Shown here: piece by piece, positions 19,571-26,728 of the stretch
Layout: every line of letters starts with the position of its first letter
Position numbering within the stretch: the stretch's first letter is position 1
DNA from: a virus
Length of the DNA stretch: 64,000 bases
Virus record (IMG/VR): IMGVR_UViG_3300012931_000015
Location: 1 to 64,000 of that record
Reading direction: 5' to 3' (one strand)
Notes under the pieces: generated by a model
Database searches by the model: none
Seen by the model: only the letters and a program-made list of their open reading frames with translations
Told to the model about the DNA's origin: nothing
Translations under genes and position numbers: made by a program

Positions 19571-20533
19571 ATGGGTAAAATTAAAATTGGGGATGTTGTT
19601 TTTCTTAAAAGTAATCCTGAATTTAAAATGACTGTGGAAAAAGTTGTTGACAAAGAGGCAACATGCTCATGGATTAATAACGGTAAACCGGAGTCTAAAA
19701 ACTACAATATTAACCTACTAGAAAAATATATTAATAATAAAAAAGAAATAAAAAATAACTACAAAATAAAAAAGTCATATAAGAAATTTAGCAGTTCGAC
19801 AATAATACTATGTATTCTTGTTTTTATTTTACTTCTTGCAGTAATCATATTTATACCCTTTTCTTTTAATAAAATTCAATCATGTCAAGACAACTTAAAA
19901 AATGCTTATGATGTTTTTAAAGATTTAACAACAATTTTAATAACTATTTTTACTATTTTTTTTACAATAATGATTGCTATAGGTGGAGTTATTTTAAAAA
20001 AAATATTACTTGATGATGTTAAAACGGAAATTGTAACTATAAACGAAAACTGGTTATATGAGTGTAAATGTGAAATACAAAGAAAGTTTGCTTATATATT
20101 TGATGAATTATACTACCAAGCCGAAGAATTAAAAAAAGATAAAAAAGAAATATATTTAAATTTAGCACTTAAATATAGCAAGTTGTCTATGAGTAATGCC
20201 GAAAAATTACCAGAAAAAGAATATCGTCAAAAAATGGATAGTTTAAATAATTATTTAATGACATTAGCTCTAAAAGGTGATAAAAACGATACAAAAGAAG
20301 CTTATAAAAACACTCTTATACTGGAAAAACTAATTGAAAAAAATTATAATAAATTAGATTTTATTGAGGATATTCAATATTATGAAGAAACTATCCAATT
20401 TGCTCGCGCAAGGTTACCGAGAGAGAACTCTAAAGATAAAGAAAATGCAATTCTTGATTTTAAAATAAAGCTTTCAACTAGTCCTGAATATGAATCTTGG
20501 GAAACGCGGTGGAAATTCTTTGAATTATTTTAA
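19571..20533 (+). CDS. YodC/DUF2158-like domain fused to 2 TM helices and a helical domain
   Basis: IKIGDVVFLKS.P..KMTVE...CSW motif; two hydrophobic segments. Confidence 0.65.
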   Translation: MGKIKIGDVVFLKSNPEFKMTVEKVVDKEATCSWINNGKPESKNYNINLLEKYINNKKEIKNNYKIKKSYKKFSSSTIILCILVFILLLAVIIFIPFSFNKIQSCQDNLKNAYDVFKDLTTILITIFTIFFTIMIAIGGVILKKILLDDVKTEIVTINENWLYECKCEIQRKFAYIFDELYYQAEELKKDKKEIYLNLALKYSKLSMSNAEKLPEKEYRQKMDSLNNYLMTLALKGDKNDTKEAYKNTLILEKLIEKNYNKLDFIEDIQYYEETIQFARARLPRENSKDKENAILDFKIKLSTSPEYESWETRWKFFELF

Positions 20534-20716
20534 TCTATTTTGCCTGCTTCAAAAACTTGCATAAAATAAACCTCTCTTATAAAAATCAATTCTCTTTAAA
20601 TAAGAATACAACAAATATAAATAAAAATCTATCCTATTTTACAGTTTTTTTATTTATATTTATTATTCAATTTTTCGGCACAAAAGTATAAATAAGTAAG
20701 AATTTTAGACTAAATT

Positions 20717-20851
20717 CTACTTTTTTACAGTTTTATCAGGCTTAATACTCAATAAAGCCCTTAAAGTATTGTTAAAATTTGTTTTTATTTTAATCTTTTC
20801 CTCGTATTTTGACTTATTTTTATCTTCTTTATTAGTATCAATATTTTTCAT
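20717..20851 (-). CDS. 44-aa ORF translationally coupled to the IS1595 transposase
   Basis: ATGA overlap with the transposase stop; MKNIDTNKEDKNKSKYEEKIKIKTNFNNTLRALLSIKPDKTVKK. Confidence 0.45.
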   Translation of the reverse strand: MKNIDTNKEDKNKSKYEEKIKIKTNFNNTLRALLSIKPDKTVKK

Positions 20852-21792
20852 TTACCGATTAATCCTTTGTAGCTTAATCTACCATAACATTTTGAAAGCA
20901 ATAATTCAAACTTTTCATTAGAATTTAATTCCATGTTATTGTATCTAAAAGCTAAAGTATTCAAATATCTGTTTATATGTTTTTCACTCATCAAGTGGTA
21001 AATTCCTATAAACATTCTTTTGAATAATGACCAGTATCCTTCAATTGTATTTGTATGAATATTACCATTAACATACTGACCCTTACTATGTTTTATAAAC
21101 TGATGCTTAAAATAAAATCCGAGATTGTTATAGCCTAACCACTCATCTGTAAATACTTCATTGCCTTTTTCGACATTATTTTTTACTTCATTCATTAAAA
21201 CTCTACTTGAAACATTATTTATTTTATAAGCTCTTACTTTTGCCGGAGAAGTTTCAGTTTTTCTCTGCATGAATCCTAAGACAGCAGTTTTTTCATCAAC
21301 ATTTCTACCTTGTGTTCCTACTATTTTTTTATCTTTATGTTTGTTTTTATTTTTACCGCCTATGTAAGTCTCATCGATCTCGACAGGCTGATTAAATTTG
21401 CTTTCAGTCTCAATAAAGTTTTCAGTAGCGTATCTTATTCGATGAGCTAAAAACCAAGCTGTCTTTTGAGTTATTTTTAAATCTTTTGATAACTGAATAC
21501 TTGAAATTCCTTTTGAATGAGTAGTTAATAAAAATATTGCCATAAACCATTTGCGGAGCGACAATCTTGTTTCTTCAAAAATAGTATTTGTTTTAACATT
21601 AAACTTTTTTAAACAGGTAGAGCATTTATAAGTTTTATGATCTTTTAACTTCCAGATTTTATGAGTGTTTCCACAATGTGGACAAACAACTCCGTCTTTC
21701 CATTTAATATTTTCGAGGTATTTATAACAATCTAATTCGGTTTTGAATGTTTCAACTAATTGTAATATGCTATTAAATCTAAAATTAAACAT
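20848..21792 (-). CDS. IS1595-family DDE transposase
   Basis: CPHCG...CSTC Zn ribbon, VEIDETYIGG, FTDEW, HTNTIEGYWS, FRYN; GAGG RBS before MFNFRF. Confidence 0.95.
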   Translation of the reverse strand: MFNFRFNSILQLVETFKTELDCYKYLENIKWKDGVVCPHCGNTHKIWKLKDHKTYKCSTCLKKFNVKTNTIFEETRLSLRKWFMAIFLLTTHSKGISSIQLSKDLKITQKTAWFLAHRIRYATENFIETESKFNQPVEIDETYIGGKNKNKHKDKKIVGTQGRNVDEKTAVLGFMQRKTETSPAKVRAYKINNVSSRVLMNEVKNNVEKGNEVFTDEWLGYNNLGFYFKHQFIKHSKGQYVNGNIHTNTIEGYWSLFKRMFIGIYHLMSEKHINRYLNTLAFRYNNMELNSNEKFELLLSKCYGRLSYKGLIGK

Positions 21793-21836
21793 ATTTAACC
21801 TCTTTATTATAAATATCATTTTACTATTATAATCAC

Positions 21837-21852
21837 AATCTGTCGACAGATT
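21837..21852. promoter_or_regulatory. 16-bp palindromic operator over the transposase promoter
   Basis: AATCTGTCGACAGATT perfect palindrome; minus strand TCGACA-17-TAAAAT. Confidence 0.5.
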
Positions 21853-21941
21853 TGTATATAATTTACAATTTATTTACATTTAAAATAAGACATTACATTC
21901 TATTATTATAAGTACTAATATTTAAATAAGGGGTGTCTTTA

Positions 21942-22127
21942 ATGTTTAAAATAGATGATACAGTAATGTTAAAATCTGGTAGTCCTAAATTGCAGATAAT
22001 AGATTTTGGGAAAAAATCCGGTGATTTAATATGTTTATATGTTGATAAAAAAAAAGAGATACATTACTTAATAGCTTCCCCAGAAGAAATTATTCCTTTT
22101 TCCAATGTTGAAGTTCTTCAGGGGTAA
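21942..22127 (+). CDS. YodC/DUF2158-like small protein
   Basis: MFKIDDTVMLKSGSPKL. Confidence 0.65.
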   Translation: MFKIDDTVMLKSGSPKLQIIDFGKKSGDLICLYVDKKKEIHYLIASPEEIIPFSNVEVLQG

Positions 22128-22314
22128 AAAATTTTTCATGAACACAATCATATTTGTCTGTCCAAATACACAAAATGTCTCCTTTAGAGGCAAAAGATTG
22201 CAATGCTGACAATTTTGTTAAAAATGATGATTTTTCTGAATCATATATTTCTTTTACTGTCATTTTAGGATTTCCGCTCTTTAGTTCAACAACATCACCA
22301 ATTTTAAATTCCAT
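22090..22314 (-). CDS. YodC/DUF2158-like small protein
   Basis: MEFKIGDVVELKSGNPKMTV...CIW...F.PEEL. Confidence 0.75.
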   Translation of the reverse strand: MEFKIGDVVELKSGNPKMTVKEIYDSEKSSFLTKLSALQSFASKGDILCIWTDKYDCVHEKFFTPEELQHWKKE

Positions 22315-22510
22315 AAATACTCCTTATTTCTTTTTATAATTAGTCTTATCAATTTTATCCTGTGTCAACTTTTGAAAAAGATAATCATTAATATCTTTTA
22401 TGCCTAATTCTTCTAATAGTTTTATAACTTCTAATTTTATTCTTACCTGTTTTGATGGATTATGATAAATCATAGAATGATGATAATTAAAAGAAATGAA
22501 AAATTCAAGA

Positions 22511-22747
22511 TTATTTTTTAAATATAATTGATATTATCTTTTCTACTGAAATATTAAAGGCTTTAGATAATTTTATAAATGTTGAAAGTCTAGGGTTATT
22601 TACTTTTTTAAAACTCTCAAGATTCTGAATTTGTTTGTAATCTATAGTAGATATTTCTGATAATTGTTCTTGAGTTAAATTATTTTCTTTTCTCTTACTT
22701 TTTATAAATTTCGCCAATCTGTTACTTATATTATCTAAATTGTCCAT
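22511..22747 (-). CDS. XRE-family HTH regulator
   Basis: IKSKRKENNLTQEQLSE...IQNLE...NPRLSTFIKLSKAF. Confidence 0.85.
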   Translation of the reverse strand: MDNLDNISNRLAKFIKSKRKENNLTQEQLSEISTIDYKQIQNLESFKKVNNPRLSTFIKLSKAFNISVEKIISIIFKK

Positions 22748-22842
22748 TAATAATTATTATAAAAGCATAATTTATTTATTGACACCTATTATATTAGGTG
22801 TTATATTTTTTTCATCATTTTTTATTTAAAAGGAGTTAATTT

Positions 22843-23556
22843 ATGGCTTTAAATTCTAATGAGAAATCAGAAAAAAGTAGGTTAATAACATTTCTATTAG
22901 CTTTCTTTTTTGGCTTTTTTGGCGTTGATCGCTTTTATTCCGGTAAAATAGTATCAGGAATCTTTAAATTATTAACACTTGGAGGAATATGTGTCTGGTG
23001 GATAATTGACTGGATTATGATTCTATCTGGAAATTATAAAGACAAGTGGGGTAAATTTATTACTAATTGGGAAGCGGACAGGAAACAATTAATTATTGTT
23101 TCTTCAATAATAGGTTTCTGTTTACTTTTAACTATTGTTGGTTTAGCCGGAGATAATAAAACTACTTCCACAAGTGCAGATTTAGCCTCTAGTAATACTA
23201 CTGCTTCTACTAAAAAGGATAAAAAAGTAGAGACAATAAAAGTTAATGCTATTCAAATTTACAATGAATACAAAGAAAATGAAGTTTCAGCAGATAAAAA
23301 ATATAAAGGAAAACTAATTGATGTATCGGGAGAAGTTGATAAAATTGGTAAAGACATTATGGATAATCCCTATGTTTCATTAGTTACTTTAAAAAATAGT
23401 ATAATGAATTTAAGTATGGTTCAATGTAGTTTTAATTCTGATAAATCTAATGAATTAGCTTTATTAAAAAAAGGTACAAAGGTAATAATAAGAGGAGAAG
23501 GAAAAGGTTCTATGGCTACAATTGTAGAAATAGGAAATTGTGAATTGTTAAAATAG
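22843..23556 (+). CDS. TM2-domain membrane protein with C-terminal OB-fold (tRNA_anti-like)
   Basis: KSRLITFLLAFFFGFFGVDRFY.GK...WWIID; YKENEVSADKKYKGKLI.VSG.V. Confidence 0.8.
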   Translation: MALNSNEKSEKSRLITFLLAFFFGFFGVDRFYSGKIVSGIFKLLTLGGICVWWIIDWIMILSGNYKDKWGKFITNWEADRKQLIIVSSIIGFCLLLTIVGLAGDNKTTSTSADLASSNTTASTKKDKKVETIKVNAIQIYNEYKENEVSADKKYKGKLIDVSGEVDKIGKDIMDNPYVSLVTLKNSIMNLSMVQCSFNSDKSNELALLKKGTKVIIRGEGKGSMATIVEIGNCELLK

Positions 23557-23573
23557 TCTCAAGAATTTAATAG

Positions 23574-23608
23574 GAGCATTAGCAAATAATTATGTTAATG
23601 CTCTTTTC
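23574..23608 (+). terminator. intrinsic terminator
   Basis: GAGCATTAGCA...TGTTAATGCTC followed by TTTT. Confidence 0.55.
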
Positions 23609-23624
23609 TATTAAGGAATTATAA

Positions 23625-24113
23625 ATGAAAAAAATAATAGTTTTATTAATTATGTTAATGTTCTTATTTTCTATTTATTCTCAATCAAAAGAGAAAATTA
23701 AAGAATATGATGACACAGTAATGAAGTTTTTAAATAAAAAATATCCAGAATTTAAAAATTATTTCGACAAAACTGTATATTTTGAAAACGGAGAAGAATT
23801 ACATAAGTTTTTTGAATTTTTTAGACTTCCTATTTTATCAAAAAATCCAATTAGTGGGCAAAAAATGGAATTTAACATTAAAAAAGATTTAGAAAAAAAT
23901 AATATTATCACCGTTGAAATAAATTTAAATGAATCAAAGTTATATTTTTCATATACAATTTATAAAGACAGAGTGTCAATTATTAAATTGAGTGATGGAT
24001 GGCAAGTTAATCCCGAAAACTGGAAATTAATGTATTTAATCATAAGAAATACTATGATTGTTTATCCAGAAAAAGATTATTTTGATACTGATTTAATTAA
24101 TAGTTTGAAATAA
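23625..24113 (+). CDS. secreted hypothetical protein
   Basis: Signal peptide MKKIIVLLIMLMFLFSIYSQ. Confidence 0.65.
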   Translation: MKKIIVLLIMLMFLFSIYSQSKEKIKEYDDTVMKFLNKKYPEFKNYFDKTVYFENGEELHKFFEFFRLPILSKNPISGQKMEFNIKKDLEKNNIITVEINLNESKLYFSYTIYKDRVSIIKLSDGWQVNPENWKLMYLIIRNTMIVYPEKDYFDTDLINSLK

Positions 24114-24175
24114 GTTCTTGCTTATTACTTGTAAATTCAATATTATAAAAAACAAGGAAGGAGGAAATCTGCTAT

Positions 24176-24442
24176 ATGGAATTAATTATAACTTATGATT
24201 TAGATGAAGATGATAATCATGCTGAATTTAAAAAAGAATTAATTAAATTCTTTGAAGGAAAAGAAAGAGAAGTTGAAAACTGGATGCCCGATTCTACAAT
24301 AATTGTTAAAACGAATAAAAAAGGCATTGCTAAAGAATTAGGAGATAAATTAGTTCAACATTTTGATAATACTCAATTTAATATAAAGAAAATTGTTCTA
24401 GGTATTTTATCAGATTTTGACTATTTAGGTTCAGAAGATTGA
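24176..24442 (+). CDS. small Cas2/VapD-like ferredoxin-fold protein
   Basis: MELIITYDL N-terminus, 88 aa, strong RBS. Confidence 0.45.
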   Translation: MELIITYDLDEDDNHAEFKKELIKFFEGKEREVENWMPDSTIIVKTNKKGIAKELGDKLVQHFDNTQFNIKKIVLGILSDFDYLGSED

Positions 24443-24633
24443 TCTTCTGTTTCTGAATATTCCATCATGCGATGACCAGAAAATTTTCTAGGTTTTTTAA
24501 TAAACCAAGAATCCTGATTCTTAATAAAATGAATTAAAAGTTTAATTTTTGTTTCATTATCAGCATTTATATATTCATCTTTTAATAAGACTTTTTCGGC
24601 TAAGTATTGTTGCAAAGTACCTTCTTTAATCAT
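24421..24633 (-). CDS. hypothetical protein, convergent overlap
   Basis: AAGGAAG RBS; 3' end overlaps 24176-24442. Confidence 0.45.
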   Translation of the reverse strand: MIKEGTLQQYLAEKVLLKDEYINADNETKIKLLIHFIKNQDSWFIKKPRKFSGHRMMEYSETEDQSSEPK

Positions 24634-24745
24634 TTTTGTCTTCCTTTTAATTTAAATTTTTTACTTGACATTGAAGCTTTCTGCATTATCATGCTAATAT
24701 ATAAACAGAAAAAGGGGGAAATCTTTTAAAAATTGGAGTCCTATT

Positions 24746-24826
24746 ATGGATTTTAATATCATTAAACTGTTTATTCTACTTATAGAAATCGCTTTAACTA
24801 TAATTGAATTGTTGTCAAAAAGATAA
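24746..24826 (+). CDS. 26-aa hydrophobic peptide, type I toxin-like (copy 1)
   Basis: MDFNIIKLFILLIEIALTIIELLSKR; GGAG RBS; 5'/3' complementary mRNA ends. Confidence 0.55.
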   Translation: MDFNIIKLFILLIEIALTIIELLSKR

Positions 24827-24981
24827 TAATTAACAGATAATTGTTTATAGATAAAAGATATAAAAGATAAATGATTTATTTATCCCTCCTCCTTTTCTGT
24901 ATTTTAATTAGTATTCTATTTTTTGTTACAATAAAAATATTAAAAACTAGAAGGAGGAAATACATATTTTAGGAAATCAAA

Positions 24982-25062
24982 ATGCTAATAACCATATTAA
25001 AAATTTCTCTCATCTTATTGCATATCTTATTATTCATACTCGAATTATTTTATAAAAAATAA
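24982..25062 (+). CDS. 26-aa hydrophobic peptide, type I toxin-like (copy 2)
   Basis: MLITILKISLILLHILLFILELFYKK; AGGA RBS; 5'/3' complementary mRNA ends. Confidence 0.55.
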   Translation: MLITILKISLILLHILLFILELFYKK

Positions 25063-25294
25063 TTCATAATAGATAACAGATAAATGTTAAAAGATAAATG
25101 ATGTTCCTTATCTTCCTTCTAGTATATTAAAATACAATAACTAAATAATCTAAATTTTTCTTCTCTATATATTTTTCTTCTTTATTTTATTATAATTTTT
25201 AACTACAATATAAAAAATAAAGGAGTTGATATAAAATAAAAAAGCTAATAAAAACAGTGCTTCATGAAATATCTAAAAAACATTTGGAGGAAAA

Positions 25295-25552
25295 ATGGAA
25301 AAATTATGTATCTTCACATATGATATAAAAAACGCAAAAGACGAAGATTTAGGCAAAATAATTAAAATACTTTTTAAATTAAAAGCTACTAAAATTCAAG
25401 ATTGTGTTTATGTATTTAAAGATAATAGAAATGCCAAAGAGCTAATAAAATTATTTGAAAAAATTTGTAAAAAAGAAACTGATAGAATATTTATTGCAAA
25501 ATCTTCAGATTGGTCAAGCCTTAATCCTCTGATTGATCTAAAGAATTTCTGA
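25295..25552 (+). CDS. Cas2-like small protein
   Basis: FTYDI...KIQDCVY...DRIFI resembles Cas2 YDI/RIQxSV/D.I motifs. Confidence 0.55.
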   Translation: MEKLCIFTYDIKNAKDEDLGKIIKILFKLKATKIQDCVYVFKDNRNAKELIKLFEKICKKETDRIFIAKSSDWSSLNPLIDLKNF

Positions 25553-25739
25553 TATACTTATTAAGAAATTCTTCCCATACTTCGGGATTTTCTTTACCCT
25601 CGAAAGTAAACTCCACTATCTTTCCACTTTCAAATATTATTTTCCCATCAGTTGTTATTCCTTTATACCCCAAACCATATTTTATTTCTTTAACAATATC
25701 ACCCGGTTCAGGGATACCAGAGGTGTCATTTAATGCCAT
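25521..25739 (-). CDS. hypothetical protein, convergent overlap
   Basis: AAGGAG RBS; 3' end overlaps 25295-25552. Confidence 0.55.
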   Translation of the reverse strand: MALNDTSGIPEPGDIVKEIKYGLGYKGITTDGKIIFESGKIVEFTFEGKENPEVWEEFLNKYIRNSLDQSED

Positions 25740-25816
25740 TTTTTCTCCTTTCTATTTTTTTTATTTATGATTTTTTATTAAAAATATAATTTAGTGCTTT
25801 AATGTATATAGTTACC

Positions 25817-26039
25817 TATTTTTAATTCAAAAACCAAGCATCTTTGAGCTTTTCTTTTTTCACGAGTTTGTTGTATTCCTAATTTTATTGCGTTTCTTTT
25901 TTCTTCTGTCATATTGTTTATATAAGTTATTCTATATAATATTCTTGTTTTATTAGTACATCAAATTTTTTAAAGTACCACAAATTGTTCACAATTCATC
26001 CAACGACTGAAGTCGATGGTTTTCTTGTGAAAGATTCTC
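25817..26039 (-). pseudogene. IS605 left end plus truncated tnpB 5' fragment
   Basis: Minus strand: TTAT|GAGAATCTTTCACAAGAAAACCATCGACTTCAGTCGTTGGATGAATTG LE; ORF from 25912 MTEEKRNAIKLGIQQTREKRKAQRCLVFELKI cut at the IS1595 TIR. Confidence 0.65.
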
Positions 26040-26199
26040 ATAAATATGTAGTAGACATTTTAAAAAATTCAACTAAAAATAGTAAGTTTGATACTGAAAA
26101 GTAAAAACCAGTAAAATTCTTTATTCTATTTTAATAAACAAATAAACTAAAATTCCCCAAAATTTCAAACATTTGCCTTTTTTAATTACTAATAGAAAA

Positions 26200-26334
26200 T
26201 ATATACCTACGGAACATAGGGATTTTAAGCCTGTGGAGAAATAAACCTCTGAACTTGAAAAAGTTAAATTTTTTAGGTTTAAGTTATGTTTCTGTGAAAC
26301 AGGAAGCTCACAACTCTAGTTGTGGGTAGTTCAC
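26200..26334 (+). ncRNA. orphan TnpB omegaRNA / IS605 right end
   Basis: Encodes only a TnpB-type tail IPTEHRDFKPVEK*; GAAG + hairpin CTCACAACTCTAGTTGTGGG + TAGTTCAC end; no tnpB body upstream. Confidence 0.75.
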
Positions 26335-26363
26335 TAATAAAGTGATTAATATAAGGAAATACT

Positions 26364-26699
26364 ATGAAACTCATCAAAAAAATAATCAAAGAATCTAAAA
26401 AAATAGGAAATGTTGAGCTTGAAAAGGGTGATGTGATTTATGTTCCTATGAAAGAAGCAGATACAGAAGATATAAAAGTTGTTAATCCCGATATAGAAAG
26501 TTTGCCCGAAAATGCTTGGAACGAATGGAGCATAGATAAATTAGCTTCACATTTTGTTTCTCAAGCAAAACAGAAAGGTAGAGAAGCTATATCAAAAAGC
26601 ATAATGAATATTGAACGATGGAATTCTGAAAAAAATCCTGACTTATCAAAAAAAGCAAGATCAGTTTTTGAAAAATATAAAAGCCAACTGGAAAAATAA
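26364..26699 (+). CDS. hypothetical (possibly virion-associated) protein
   Basis: First gene of the baseplate operon, AAGGA RBS. Confidence 0.55.
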   Translation: MKLIKKIIKESKKIGNVELEKGDVIYVPMKEADTEDIKVVNPDIESLPENAWNEWSIDKLASHFVSQAKQKGREAISKSIMNIERWNSEKNPDLSKKARSVFEKYKSQLEK

Positions 26700-26728
26700 A
26701 AAAGTAATTATCTTAAAGGAATAAAATA

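Larger units (their letters stand above)
19459..25816. mobile_element. IS1595-family cargo transposon (6.36 kb)
   Basis: Perfect 26-bp TIRs GGTAACTATATACATTAAAGCACTAA (19459-19484 and 25791-25816); internal IS1595 transposase; flanks ATATTTTA/TATTTTTA are similar but not identical. Confidence 0.9.

Noticed and set aside
24100-26360. CRISPR array near the Cas2-like genes
   Set aside because: No regularly spaced direct repeats seen here or elsewhere in the window, and no cas1
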